From: a virus | Length of the DNA: 64,000 bases | Reading direction: 5' to 3' (one strand) | Virus record (IMG/VR): IMGVR_UViG_3300042991_000131 | Coordinates: 1 to 64,000 of that record | Part shown: positions 18,536 to 29,153 of the stretch, piece after piece | Layout: each line of letters starts with the position of its first letter | Numbering within the stretch: position 1 is the stretch's first letter | The notes under the pieces: generated by a model | Databases searched by the model: none | What the model saw: only the letters and a program-made list of their open reading frames with translations | Told to the model about the DNA's origin: nothing | Position numbers and translations under genes: made by a program

Positions 18536-19237
18536 ATGGCTCAGATCGACATGAAGAATGCGCTGCTGAAGATTCGCGACGGTGGCAACAATACAGTTGT
18601 TTCCACTGGTACGATCACAGCTATCGCAGCTATTGGTGCTACTGTCCTGGCTGGTACATACTCCGCAACACCCGTCGTCGGTGGCTATGCTACGATTAGC
18701 GGCCGACGCTATAAGCTGACTGCCGGTTCAACAACTTCGATCACGCTGGAAGCTCCTGGCCTGCTTGAGGCCACTACTGCTGGTGAGGCTGTCTCCTGCA
18801 CAGGTCTTGAGAACTCGATCACCGTCAAGGTTGGCGATGGTACACTCACTTATTCCGAGAAGCGGAATATGGAGTACACCCTGGATCGCGGTATTCTTGA
18901 CGAGGTTCGTGAAGGCGATGAAGTCCCGATGGACGTCAAGTTCGACTTCGTTTGGGAATACATCAAGGGTTCGGCTGTGGCTCTCTCGCCGCCTAGCGTC
19001 GAGGATGCTCTCAAGAAGATCGGTCTGGCTAGCACATGGGTTAGCTCTGATACCGATGCTTGCAAGCCGTACGCTGTTGACCTGCTGGTACTCTACGTGC
19101 CGCAGTGCACTGGTGACCAGGAAGAAATTGTGCTCGAAGACTTCCGTTGGGAGTCTCTGGATCACGATCTGAAGGCTGGTACGATTAGCTGCACAGGTAA
19201 GTGCAACAAGAAGACCGCGACCGTGCTGCGCGGATAA
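18536..19237 (+). CDS. major tail tube protein
   Basis: SD TAAGGA, biased codons, followed by a terminator, frameshifted chaperone and tape measure. Confidence 0.7.
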   Translation: MAQIDMKNALLKIRDGGNNTVVSTGTITAIAAIGATVLAGTYSATPVVGGYATISGRRYKLTAGSTTSITLEAPGLLEATTAGEAVSCTGLENSITVKVGDGTLTYSEKRNMEYTLDRGILDEVREGDEVPMDVKFDFVWEYIKGSAVALSPPSVEDALKKIGLASTWVSSDTDACKPYAVDLLVLYVPQCTGDQEEIVLEDFRWESLDHDLKAGTISCTGKCNKKTATVLRG

Positions 19238-19250
19238 TCCGAGTAATATG

Positions 19251-19279
19251 GCCCGGCAGGACGTTCCTGCCGGGCTTTT
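19251..19279 (+). terminator. intrinsic terminator
   Basis: GCCCGGCAGGA-CGT-TCCTGCCGGGC-TTTT. Confidence 0.75.
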
Positions 19280-19310
19280 ACCCTCTACTAGCAACTATAG
19301 GAGCTAGGTC

Positions 19311-19775
19311 ATGAAGATCAAAGGTCGTAAGTTAGACAAGCCTCAGGTTGAGGTTTGTGTCATTCCTCGTCACGATGGCGATATCGTGTTCAAGGCACAG
19401 CCAGTGGTTGATTTCACTGATTTCGTTGCACTATGCCCGATGCCTCAAGCTCCAGTTATTCTGAAGCGTGGCGGCACCGAGTCAAGGGATGTTGAGGATA
19501 AGGATTACAAGGCTGCCCTGGACAAGTGGGCCGAGCAGCGTACCGACTGGATGATTATCAAGTCACTGCAAGCCACTGAGGAACTGGAGTGGGAGACGGT
19601 CAATGTCTCTGATCCTTCCACTTGGTCTAATTTCCGTCTTGAGTTCGAGAAGAGTGGTCTGACTGGTATCGAAGTCAATGCTGTCATTAGCATCGTCATT
19701 GACGCTTGCGGTCTTAATCAGAAGAAGATTGAGGAGGCAACCAAGCGTTTTTTAGCTGGTCAGGTGCCGGCGTAA
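19311..19775 (+). CDS. tail assembly chaperone (gpG-like)
   Basis: SD GGAG; slippery T TTT TTA near the 3' end. Confidence 0.75.
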   Translation: MKIKGRKLDKPQVEVCVIPRHDGDIVFKAQPVVDFTDFVALCPMPQAPVILKRGGTESRDVEDKDYKAALDKWAEQRTDWMIIKSLQATEELEWETVNVSDPSTWSNFRLEFEKSGLTGIEVNAVISIVIDACGLNQKKIEEATKRFLAGQVPA

Positions 19776-19942
19776 AGAAGGCAATTATACCGAAATATAG
19801 AACTGAACACTATGCTATTTGGCGCGCTTGTGAACGTTTCAGCATATTGCCACCAGACGTAAAGACTGAGTGGGATGAGTGTGACGTTATAACGCAAGCT
19901 GAGCTTCTGGCATACGATCAGTTACGGTCAACAGAAGAGTGA
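19748..19942 (+). CDS. -1 frameshift extension of the tail chaperone (gpGT-like)
   Basis: -1 frame open from the slip site to TGA 19940-19942 (SWSGAGVKKAIIPKYRTEHYAIWRACERF...STEE). Confidence 0.75.
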   Translation, partial: FFSWSGAGVKKAIIPKYRTEHYAIWRACERFSILPPDVKTEWDECDVITQAELLAYDQLRSTEE

Positions 19943-19974
19943 TAGAGATATTCAATCAACCCTGGACTTAAGAC

Positions 19975-20517
19975 ATGCAAGCTTCACTCATCCGAGTAAA
20001 GGGTCTTAAGCCCAGGGTTGATGTATTTAGTAAAAAGCTCCACGAAAATATGACTCGACTGTGGAAGGACGCCACCAAGGAGTTCATTGTCGAGGCAATA
20101 AAACTTGTGCATATTGATACAGGAATGTCGCGTAGTTCACTGCTACCACTAGGGCGACTCGTTCGCATGGTTACTGCGATTAAAGCATACGGATCACGTA
20201 CACCCGGTAAGGGCGGACCTGTCCGCAAGAGTCGTACAGGCTATACTGACCTAGCAGGTAATTACGATCCTACTATTAATCGTACTGCTGCATTAGGTGA
20301 GAAACTTGGTGAGCGAGCCTTTCGACTTAACTTTGGCTCTCCTGCTAGACCGGTATTCCATTTTGAATTCAACATTAAAGTATACCAATATGCACTGCAT
20401 GAAGAGGATTGGGAGTCTATTGAGCGTGGTCAAGAAGCCTTCCTGGCCTATCTAAAAAACAACGCTATCAACTATGTGCCAAAACTGGCCGAGTGGATAC
20501 TCCCGGAGACGACCTAA
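19975..20517 (+). CDS. neck/tail completion protein (HK97 gp10-like, putative)
   Basis: VHIDTGMSRSS resembles the PVDTG.LR.S motif. Confidence 0.45.
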   Translation: MQASLIRVKGLKPRVDVFSKKLHENMTRLWKDATKEFIVEAIKLVHIDTGMSRSSLLPLGRLVRMVTAIKAYGSRTPGKGGPVRKSRTGYTDLAGNYDPTINRTAALGEKLGERAFRLNFGSPARPVFHFEFNIKVYQYALHEEDWESIERGQEAFLAYLKNNAINYVPKLAEWILPETT

Positions 20518-23500
20518 ATGCCCGATAACATCTATACGTTAATATTAGACGCAGCACCGTATCTTAAAGGCGCACACGTCGCAGCCGGTGGCAATAAGCT
20601 ACTTGATGATGCATTCAAGACAAGTACACAAGGTGCGCTCGTCTTTAATAGCAAAATGGAAGTTATACAAAAGACTCTTAAAAGTGTGACGTCCTCTGGC
20701 GAGATAATGACTAAGACTGTCAAGCGAATTGGCGATGATTGGTATATTGCATCTACTAAAATGACACAGGGATTAGGTGCCGCTAAGAAAGCTGCTGAGG
20801 CACTGGCCGCTGCCGAGGCTGCTGCTCAAGGCAGATCAGCTACACGCGGCATAGCTTCTGGCCAGGCTGCTGTTGGTATCGTTGGCAAAACACCGCTACC
20901 TACTGGTGGTTCGAGCAACGAGCTACTAGCGTATAATCGTGCATTGGCTGGCCTACAGAAGTTCACGCAGGAAAATGTTACTTCTGCTGCACGTGTACAG
21001 AAGGTCTGGACGGATGTTAACAACAATGTCTTTTCGGCTAATCCAAAGTATCAAGCTCTGCAGAATCAACTTGTCAAGGTTAAGAATGCCATTGCAGATA
21101 TTGGTGCTGAGTCACGTAGAGCTAAAGAATCGTCTGATAATTACTTCTTGTCATGGCGCAATATCATGCGCTTCTTTGAGGCTCGTCTACTCTATAACGG
21201 TGTTAGTGATCTTGTTGGTGCTGTAAAGGCTGGTACGTCAAGGGCAATCGAATTCGAGCAGGTGCTCGGGCGCATCACTACACTAGCACCTACGCTAGCC
21301 GGTGGCTACAAAGAGTGGGGCGAATCCGTTAAGCGTGTAGCTACGACATTTGGCGTCGATGCTACAGATGCTGCTAAATCCTATTACTCTGCACTGTCTA
21401 ATCAGATCGGTAACAGTATTCAAGAGATTGAATCGTTCACCAGGACAACTGCTGAGTTTGCCCGTGTCACTGGCTCTACCGCGGAGCAAGCCAACAATTT
21501 ATTCTCGTCAGCGATTAACGCCTTTGGTAAGTCTGCCGGTGAAGCTAACGATATTGCTGCCAAGTTCTTCAAGACAATCGACTTGGGCCGCGTCACTGCT
21601 GCCGGATTAAGTGGCTCATTCGGTCGTACAGCCGTTGCTGCAAGCACGTTAGGCGTTAAGTACGAAGAACTACTTGCCTCGCTGTCAACACTCAGTCGTC
21701 AAGGTGTGACCGACGCAGACGCGCAGACTCAGACTCTTAACTTATTCAATAAGTTAATCAAGCCTACTGAGAAGTTAAAGGAAATGTTGCAGGAGTGGGG
21801 CTATGAAAGTGGTCAGGCTCTAGTAGCAAATGAAGGCTTAGTCGGCGTGTTGCGCCGCTTAGATAAGGAATTACAAGCTAACGGTGTAGCTCGACTCGGC
21901 GAGTTAATCAACGATATTCGTGGTCTACGTGGTACATTTGGTCTAACTGGTAAGGGCTTGCAAGAGTTCAACCACGACTTGGAGTTAATTCGTAATTCTA
22001 CAGATGATTATCGTAAGGCTGTCGAGTTAACTGCAGATACAACTGGTCAGAAGTGGGCTAAGCAACTTAATGAAGTTAAGATTGCATTCACAAGCCTAGG
22101 ACAGAACGCGTTAGGCGTACTTGTACCTATATCTGATTTCATTGGCGGGCTGGTTAACGGGATAAAAATATTAATTTCCTCTGTTATAATCTTAGCAACA
22201 CACATGTATGGTCTGCGTATTGCCATACCTGTTATTAATTTCATACGTGATGCTTGGGCTGGTGTGACTTTAGCAGCTAAGCATGCAACATATGCAATAG
22301 AACTAGCCAAAGCTGCTGCTACATTTGGTATTTCATTAGCCATTGGTGCTATTATCTCGTATTTTGCTTTAGCAGAAAATGCCGCTAAGCGTGGCAAACG
22401 GGTGTACGCCGAGGCACAAGAGGCTACTCGCGAAGCTACAAAGAATGCTCTTGAGTATATAACAAAGGGCTATGATAGATTAGCAAGAAGCATTGAGGAC
22501 TCATTTAAGCCTGGTCTTGATTCCATTGCTTTAACACGCCGCGCATATGTACGAACACTAGCAGAGATTGATGATGGTTTCAAGGATCTTAAGAAGACAC
22601 TTAAGAGCTTTGAAGATGAAACATTCCGTCAACTAGATGACCGCATCAGTGATATAACGAGTAGCCTATCATCGCTACGTAGCGAAACAAAGACACTTGA
22701 AGCAGAGCTAAGCAAAGCATTCAATGCTGACGAGCTTGCCAACTTCCGCGACACACTTGACGATCTTACAGCCGGCAAGAAAGCCCGTGCTGTCGAAGCT
22801 AAGATTAAAGCTGCTTTACAGGAAGCGACTGGTCTAGCCAGATTATCTCTTACTAAAACAGATGGTGCTGAACGCGCAAAGCTAATCAAGCAGTCGCGTG
22901 AGAAGAAAGATATTGCTGAGTCCTTAGCAACTGATTTGAAGGCACTTGCACGTGAGTCAATTAAGGATAAAGAAGCCGCTGACCGTGATGCAGAGAAGTA
23001 TACGAAGAAGAACGTTGCAAGAGAACGTACACAGCTTAAGTTACAGCAAGAGATTAAGACATTAGAAAATGAGAAGCGCGCCAACGCTGGCAAGTTGAAA
23101 GATGAATCACGTGAAGATGCTAATAGGCGCCAGCTTTTATATGCTAGTCAAATTGCCGAGAAGCAAGAAGAACTTAATCGTTACGAGGAAGAAGGTCGTA
23201 AGGCGCGTGAACTAGTTAAGGTTACTACAAGGGATATTTATGAGTATAATAAAGGCATAGTCGATCTTGAAAAGGAACGTGTTGCATTGATTAATGCTCA
23301 ATTGGATGTGACTAGGTTGATGACTAAGGAGAAACAAGCGGAACAGGAATCGTTAAAAAAGACTAAAGAAGGTTTGACAAATATATTTGAAGAGATTAGC
23401 GATCTAATGACGAGTAAAGATACTGGTCTAACGTCTGAGCAAACTATTAAAAAGGTAGAAACGCTGCGTAACGAGTACAAGAAACTTGTCAACGTTGCTA

Positions 23501-24507
23501 GTGATCCAGCTGCTTTCCAACAGCTACTGCAATATTCTGATAAAATAGTCGAACGCGCTAGGGCTGCACAAGGACTAGCTGATAACGGTAAATTACAAGC
23601 TAAGTATCAAAATGAATTGAAAGAGTCAGTTGAACGTGTAAATACGTTAAAGGGCAAGGATCTAAAACTGACTGAACAGATTCGTGACACTATTAACAAG
23701 ACTCAGGGTGAGTTGGCAGCAATACCTAGTTTCTCCTTTAATCTCTCTGGTGTCACTGATGAGGAGGGCGAGGCTTATATTAAAATGAGAGATGAGCTAG
23801 ATGCAATTATAGCTCGTGTACGTGAGACACCTGATGCGTTAGACTCTAATTTACCTAGATTGAAGGAGTTAAAAGATCAGCTCAACACATTTAGACTAGA
23901 TAATGCAGAGGCTATGAGTGAAGCAAGTATTAAGAATATTGAGAATATATCTTTGTTGATTACTTCACTATCAAGGTCGTCTAAAGAGTTGTCTGGAGTT
24001 CGCACAGAGCAAGATAAATTGATAGCTATGCAGCCTGTATTGCAAAAGGCTCTTAATGATCCGCTTACAACAGCTGCCGAAAGCGCAAAGACGCTAACTG
24101 AACGCATGCAAGAGTCCGCACAAGAGATCAATGCATCTGCTGATGCAATGGCCAGGATGCGTGGTATCATCAGTGCAGAAGATAAGGCTACGCCGATTAA
24201 TGTTGGCAAAGCTGGTGGCGGTATGATGCGCTTCGCAGGTGGTGGTCAGCCATATGGTAGTGATAAGATTCCTGCTATGTTATCTCCTGGTGAGTTCGTT
24301 GTCAACGCTGGCGCAAGTAGGAAGTTCTACTCACAGCTTGTAGCAATGAATAGTGGCAGCCGCAACTATGCAGGTGGCGGTAACGTTAATACGTCAGTCG
24401 GTGATGTTAATATCTCTATGTCCTCAAGCGGTAACGCTGCTACAGATGTTGTTCGTATTGGTAAGTTACTAAGGCGTGAGATACGACGCGGCACAGTCAA
24501 ACTCTAA
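20518..24507 (+). CDS. tape measure protein
   Basis: 1329 aa helical, TP901-like core, hydrophobic middle, C-terminal GSDKIPAMLSPGEFVVNA. Confidence 0.9.
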   Translation: MPDNIYTLILDAAPYLKGAHVAAGGNKLLDDAFKTSTQGALVFNSKMEVIQKTLKSVTSSGEIMTKTVKRIGDDWYIASTKMTQGLGAAKKAAEALAAAEAAAQGRSATRGIASGQAAVGIVGKTPLPTGGSSNELLAYNRALAGLQKFTQENVTSAARVQKVWTDVNNNVFSANPKYQALQNQLVKVKNAIADIGAESRRAKESSDNYFLSWRNIMRFFEARLLYNGVSDLVGAVKAGTSRAIEFEQVLGRITTLAPTLAGGYKEWGESVKRVATTFGVDATDAAKSYYSALSNQIGNSIQEIESFTRTTAEFARVTGSTAEQANNLFSSAINAFGKSAGEANDIAAKFFKTIDLGRVTAAGLSGSFGRTAVAASTLGVKYEELLASLSTLSRQGVTDADAQTQTLNLFNKLIKPTEKLKEMLQEWGYESGQALVANEGLVGVLRRLDKELQANGVARLGELINDIRGLRGTFGLTGKGLQEFNHDLELIRNSTDDYRKAVELTADTTGQKWAKQLNEVKIAFTSLGQNALGVLVPISDFIGGLVNGIKILISSVIILATHMYGLRIAIPVINFIRDAWAGVTLAAKHATYAIELAKAAATFGISLAIGAIISYFALAENAAKRGKRVYAEAQEATREATKNALEYITKGYDRLARSIEDSFKPGLDSIALTRRAYVRTLAEIDDGFKDLKKTLKSFEDETFRQLDDRISDITSSLSSLRSETKTLEAELSKAFNADELANFRDTLDDLTAGKKARAVEAKIKAALQEATGLARLSLTKTDGAERAKLIKQSREKKDIAESLATDLKALARESIKDKEAADRDAEKYTKKNVARERTQLKLQQEIKTLENEKRANAGKLKDESREDANRRQLLYASQIAEKQEELNRYEEEGRKARELVKVTTRDIYEYNKGIVDLEKERVALINAQLDVTRLMTKEKQAEQESLKKTKEGLTNIFEEISDLMTSKDTGLTSEQTIKKVETLRNEYKKLVNVASDPAAFQQLLQYSDKIVERARAAQGLADNGKLQAKYQNELKESVERVNTLKGKDLKLTEQIRDTINKTQGELAAIPSFSFNLSGVTDEEGEAYIKMRDELDAIIARVRETPDALDSNLPRLKELKDQLNTFRLDNAEAMSEASIKNIENISLLITSLSRSSKELSGVRTEQDKLIAMQPVLQKALNDPLTTAAESAKTLTERMQESAQEINASADAMARMRGIISAEDKATPINVGKAGGGMMRFAGGGQPYGSDKIPAMLSPGEFVVNAGASRKFYSQLVAMNSGSRNYAGGGNVNTSVGDVNISMSSSGNAATDVVRIGKLLRREIRRGTVKL

Positions 24508-24516
24508 GGAAACAAA

Positions 24517-24885
24517 ATGCTCACCTTAATCGGCGACACAACACTAGTTGTTAAGAACCCTAAGGTGGGCAACCTTGAGACCGTTGACACCGGCGTGACG
24601 TTAAATGCGTCACGTCGGGGCGTCATCGGTGGTGCGATAGTCAGTCCAACAATTAAGAAACGTAGGTTCGACTTCCAGTGTCTGACACTACAGGAGAAAG
24701 AGGACTTGATTACTTGGTTATTGCAACATATTGGTCGTGCTGTCACAGTACAATGGACCAGTGGTGGCAGCTGTAACGTTCAGACGATTAATGAGCAATA
24801 TATCATTGATGACCAGCCTCTTGAGACAATAACCGTACGTGACGCAGACGACTATGACTGCATGACATACTGGATCAAAGTATGA
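24517..24885 (+). CDS. distal tail-like protein 1
   Basis: Follows the tape measure; paralogous to the next two ORFs. Confidence 0.5.
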   Translation: MLTLIGDTTLVVKNPKVGNLETVDTGVTLNASRRGVIGGAIVSPTIKKRRFDFQCLTLQEKEDLITWLLQHIGRAVTVQWTSGGSCNVQTINEQYIIDDQPLETITVRDADDYDCMTYWIKV

Positions 24886-25352
24886 TTACAATGACAGGTG
24901 TCGGTACGGTTAGTTTTAGGAATCCCGATATTGCAAATAAATATAGCCTCGATGCTAATATACTAGTTAGATATACTCGCGGACAAAAGGTCATCGTCTA
25001 TAAGGATACAAACTGGCAGAATATCGAAACAGAGATATTTGCCTTCCAGCATATACGCGAGAGTAAGAGAGACGAGATAGTTGATTTCTTCAATGATAAT
25101 CTTGGCAAAGAAATATCTATCACGCGCCCACGTCGTGATGACTGTACAGTAGTTGACCACACGTTCACAGGTTTCATCTACTCTGATGTTGTTGAGTATA
25201 AGACTAAAGGTGAGAACTGTGAACAAGTCTATGACTTCGGCCTTGTCGTTCTCTATAAGATAACTGTGCTCGACTTAAAGTACCTACTCGCTGAAACTGG
25301 TATACAGTTAATCACAGAAGCCGGTTCCAAGCTCAAGATAGAGGCAGACTAA
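24882..25352 (+). CDS. distal tail-like protein 2
   Basis: ATGA overlap; shared M.T....NP..[GA][ND] start. Confidence 0.5.
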   Translation: MITMTGVGTVSFRNPDIANKYSLDANILVRYTRGQKVIVYKDTNWQNIETEIFAFQHIRESKRDEIVDFFNDNLGKEISITRPRRDDCTVVDHTFTGFIYSDVVEYKTKGENCEQVYDFGLVVLYKITVLDLKYLLAETGIQLITEAGSKLKIEAD

Positions 25353-25714
25353 TGCTAACTCTAGCTGCTCCCTATGGAGCCATAATTACTACGATCAATT
25401 TGCCTAATCCTACATTGGGTGATAGCGTTAGTCATAGTCTCAAGACTAAGTTTGGCTTCGCTATGTCTGGTCGTATAGTAACAACAATCAGTGTACAGCC
25501 CGAGAAGAAGATCCAGTACAATTTCGATAAGCTGAAACGATCCCAAGTCGATGCACTGCTTGCTTTCCTAGCATTACATGCTGATGACGATATACAGTTG
25601 ACTGACTGGACTAGCACTATTTATCGTGTTAAGTGTCTAAGTAACCCTATTGAATTCACAGAAAATCTGAACTTCTATTCCTGCTCACTCGACTTCCAGG
25701 GGACAAAGATATGA
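25352..25714 (+). CDS. distal tail-like protein 3
   Basis: TAATG overlap; same pattern. Confidence 0.5.
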   Translation: MLTLAAPYGAIITTINLPNPTLGDSVSHSLKTKFGFAMSGRIVTTISVQPEKKIQYNFDKLKRSQVDALLAFLALHADDDIQLTDWTSTIYRVKCLSNPIEFTENLNFYSCSLDFQGTKI

Positions 25715-26043
25715 CCGAGATTAAAGTCTCAGAGCTACCGGAAGTCACGTCGCTAGATGATGTAGACCTGCTCATGGGTGTGCATCTAGCTGATGGGCTT
25801 GATGGTAGCAAAAAGATTACTGTTGCAAATATGCGTAGCCTAATGGGCAGTAGTGGCTATACTCATGTACAAGCTGTACCAGCAACAGTTTGGTCAGTTA
25901 TACACAACTTAGGGCGTCACCCATCTGTCACTGTTGTTGACTCCGGTGGCACAGTTGGCTGGTGTGAAGTACTCTATAACGATGCCAACTCGCTCACAAT
26001 AACAGTAGCTGCTGCCTTTGCTGGCACGGCATACCTCAACTAA
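25711..26043 (+). CDS. small tail-fibre-associated protein
   Basis: KVSELP start; YTH.Q..PA..W...HNLGRHPSVTVVD domain. Confidence 0.6.
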   Translation: MTEIKVSELPEVTSLDDVDLLMGVHLADGLDGSKKITVANMRSLMGSSGYTHVQAVPATVWSVIHNLGRHPSVTVVDSGGTVGWCEVLYNDANSLTITVAAAFAGTAYLN

Positions 26044-26052
26044 GGACAATCA

Positions 26053-27066
26053 ATGGCTATCCCATTCCGCGCAAATGTTGACTTCAACAAGAATGAACTC
26101 CAGAATGCCCGTGTTCAGAACCTGGCCAGCGATCCAGGTACGCCGGTCGCAGGCCAGTTATACTTCAACAGCACCGGCGGCGTGCTGGTAATCAAGTTCT
26201 ACACGGGATCAACGTGGATCACACTTGGGCGCCTTGACCAGATCAGTGCCCCGACTAGCGACGTTAGCTTCAACAGCCAGAAGGCGACCAACCTAGCCAC
26301 GCCGACCGCCGGCACTGATGGCGCCAATAAGGACTACGTTGACAGCGTGGCCCAGGGCCTGGACATCAAGGCGAGTGTGCGAGCGGCGACTACTGTCGCT
26401 GGTACATTAGCATCGTCATTCATTGCCGGTGCATCCATAGATGGCGTGACGCTGGTGCTTGGCGACCGTATCTTGCTTAAGAATCAAGCAGCCCAGGCAG
26501 AAAATGGTATCCGCGTCGTCACAGCCGGTACACCGACACGTGCCACTGACTTCGATGCCTGGACTGAGGTTCCTGGTGCATTCGTGTTCGTCGAAGAGGG
26601 CACAGCTAATGCTGATACTGGCTGGGTATGCAGTGCAAATGCCGGCGGTACACTTGACACGACTGCGATTACCTTTGTTCAGTTCAGCGCAGCTGGTATA
26701 GTCACTGCCTCTGGCGGTTTGACAAAAACTGGCAACGATATTGCCATGACCAATATGGTGCAAGCCACAGTTAAGGGTCGTGCTGCCGGCGCCGGTACAG
26801 GGGCACCAACTGATTTGACCGTAGCGCAGTTACTTACAATGCTTGGGATGGTTGCGCCTTTTGCACAGACACTGTCAACTAGTGCTACGTCATATGTAAT
26901 CACGCACAGCAAGGGGACGAAGGATCTGATCGTCCAGGTATACGATGTCGCGAATAGCCCATATCAACAAGTGTTCTGTGATGTTGAGTATACTGATACA
27001 AATAACGTGACATTACGTTTTGCCGTTGCACCAACTGCTAACCAATACCGAGTTATAATCAAGTGA
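26053..27066 (+). CDS. tail fibre protein
   Basis: NLATPT..TDGANKDYVD, GLD.K.SVRAATT, GDRILLKNQ...ENG motifs. Confidence 0.75.
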   Translation: MAIPFRANVDFNKNELQNARVQNLASDPGTPVAGQLYFNSTGGVLVIKFYTGSTWITLGRLDQISAPTSDVSFNSQKATNLATPTAGTDGANKDYVDSVAQGLDIKASVRAATTVAGTLASSFIAGASIDGVTLVLGDRILLKNQAAQAENGIRVVTAGTPTRATDFDAWTEVPGAFVFVEEGTANADTGWVCSANAGGTLDTTAITFVQFSAAGIVTASGGLTKTGNDIAMTNMVQATVKGRAAGAGTGAPTDLTVAQLLTMLGMVAPFAQTLSTSATSYVITHSKGTKDLIVQVYDVANSPYQQVFCDVEYTDTNNVTLRFAVAPTANQYRVIIK

Positions 27067-29153
27067 GCCTAAAGCTAAAAAATGGCTTCAATGCCATCGC
27101 CAAGGCTACGGCCGGGGCTCCGACCACGGGCACGTGGGCGGTTGGCGATGTCGTGTGTGATAGTGTAGGTGAATATTTCCGTTGCACCGTAGCGGGCACG
27201 CCGGGCACCTGGAGCAGTCTAGGTAGTGTTGCTCTAGCAGCTGACCGCGAGGTCAGCACGACTAAGCCGCCGGCATCCAGCGACTCGCGCCTGCGGAATC
27301 CGTTCACGATCAACTACATCAAGAACCCGGACTCGGAAGCCGACACGAACCCGGCGCACGTTGGCTGGGTCGAGTACGCCGACGCGGCGGGCACGCAGCC
27401 GGTGAACGGGACCGGCGGCTCGCCTGTCTCCGCTCTGACGGGCGCGTATTCCGACACCGCGTTGCGCGGCAGCAAGACATTCCATTTCATCAAGGTCACA
27501 GGGGCCAGCCGCCAGGGCGAGGGCTTCAGCTACGACTTCACCATCGACGGAGCCGACAAGAACCGCTCCCTCACCGTCGCGTTCGAGTGCCTGCTTCTCG
27601 GCGCTGGCTACACCGCAGGCGACATGTCGGTGTGGGTGTACGATGTCACGAACAGCCGCCTCTGCCCAATCAGCGCCAACAGCATCGCCGGTCCGGGGCG
27701 ATTCTCGGCGCAGTTCAGCACCAGCGACAGCACCAGCTATCGCCTGTGCATGCATGTGAGCAGCACGTTCACCGGCGAATGGCAGATGCGGTTCGATGAC
27801 TTCTACGTAGGACCGACCTACCTCCCCAGCGCACCGGCAATGAGCGACTGGCAGGACGGCGGCGCGGTCACGATTGAAGCGACCACGACGAACCCGACGA
27901 AGGGGACCGTGCTGCGCGATAAGGTCTGGTGGCGTCGTGTGGGGGATTCCGCGGAGATTCGTTTTGAGTACGAGCAGAGCACTGGCGGTTCGGCTGGCAG
28001 CGGGGACTATCTATGGGGGCTGCCCGCCGGCCTGAGCATTGATCTGGCGAAGGTCCAGAACCAAAATGGAACCGCCACCGCGAATCAACGGGGGCAGCCG
28101 GCTGTTGGCGTTGCCAGTTACGCAGATGGCGCTGTCGGCATGCTCGTCGGGTCCGTCGCGCCGTATGACGCGACGCGCGTTCGGCTTGCCGTGCTGTACA
28201 GCGGTGCGAATAACTTCATCAATTCGGCTATATGCGATCTCAACAACGCCAACTCAAAATGGTCTGCGACGTTCACGGTCCCCATCTCCGGATGGTCCGG
28301 CACCACCGCCGTCCAGCCCGGCAGCCGCTACCTGTGGGCGCAGCGGTTCGCAGCGAATGCGGTGCGCGTCACGTCAGCGCCGAGCAAGCCGGGGGAATAT
28401 CGGGCGCAGCGTAGCGGCGTGGACACCGCTCCGACAACCGCTCCGACCGCTGCGGACGGAGCGCGCATCGACAGCAATACCCCCGCCGGGCGCATCAATA
28501 GATACTATTTCTACGTTGGCCCTGGGAAAGTCGTTCAGCCGGTTTGGTACCAGACTACCGGGCGCAGCGGGAACATTATCGCGGAGGTATTCTACGTCTC
28601 TGCGTGGCGAGGCATCGGATGGACATACGACCCGGCAACCGGCGTTGTCACCGTCCTCTGCGGAAGTGGCGCGTCCGACCTTGTCGGGATCGGTGACGAT
28701 CTATCCACGACCTATTCCACCGGCTATTTCGACATCCTTATTGCCGACGATCCGGTCCCCGTGGCCCTGGCCCCGGCGGTGTATGTCGAGGCGAGTAGTG
28801 ATGCGGGGCAGGTCCTGACGGCGAACGTGAGCGACATCCAGTTCGAGGACAAAGTCATCGACACGCACGGCGCGTGGAGTGGAACGGTGTTCACGGCTCC
28901 TGTTGCTGGCATATATGATTTCTATGGAGCCTTCTACTCGAACGGGGCAGGCGTCTACATCGTGCTGTGGTACAACGGGAACAACGCAGAGCTGATCGGG
29001 TACATCCGCGACAACTTGACGCTGGGCCTGTTCCACGGACGGCGGAAGATGGCCGCAGGTGATACCATCAAGTTTCGGTCCAACACCAACTGCACTAGGG
29101 ATAACTCAGGGACCACCAACTGGCTCCGCATCACCCGCATCGGAGACGCCTAA
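27063..29153 (+). CDS. tail fibre / receptor-binding protein with C-terminal C1q-like domain
   Basis: PTTGTWAVGD start; FTAPVAGIYDF; GC-rich body. Confidence 0.65.
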   Translation: MSLKLKNGFNAIAKATAGAPTTGTWAVGDVVCDSVGEYFRCTVAGTPGTWSSLGSVALAADREVSTTKPPASSDSRLRNPFTINYIKNPDSEADTNPAHVGWVEYADAAGTQPVNGTGGSPVSALTGAYSDTALRGSKTFHFIKVTGASRQGEGFSYDFTIDGADKNRSLTVAFECLLLGAGYTAGDMSVWVYDVTNSRLCPISANSIAGPGRFSAQFSTSDSTSYRLCMHVSSTFTGEWQMRFDDFYVGPTYLPSAPAMSDWQDGGAVTIEATTTNPTKGTVLRDKVWWRRVGDSAEIRFEYEQSTGGSAGSGDYLWGLPAGLSIDLAKVQNQNGTATANQRGQPAVGVASYADGAVGMLVGSVAPYDATRVRLAVLYSGANNFINSAICDLNNANSKWSATFTVPISGWSGTTAVQPGSRYLWAQRFAANAVRVTSAPSKPGEYRAQRSGVDTAPTTAPTAADGARIDSNTPAGRINRYYFYVGPGKVVQPVWYQTTGRSGNIIAEVFYVSAWRGIGWTYDPATGVVTVLCGSGASDLVGIGDDLSTTYSTGYFDILIADDPVPVALAPAVYVEASSDAGQVLTANVSDIQFEDKVIDTHGAWSGTVFTAPVAGIYDFYGAFYSNGAGVYIVLWYNGNNAELIGYIRDNLTLGLFHGRRKMAAGDTIKFRSNTNCTRDNSGTTNWLRITRIGDA

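Noticed and set aside
27063-29153. Diversity-generating retroelement target
   Set aside because: No reverse transcriptase and no TR/VR pair seen.
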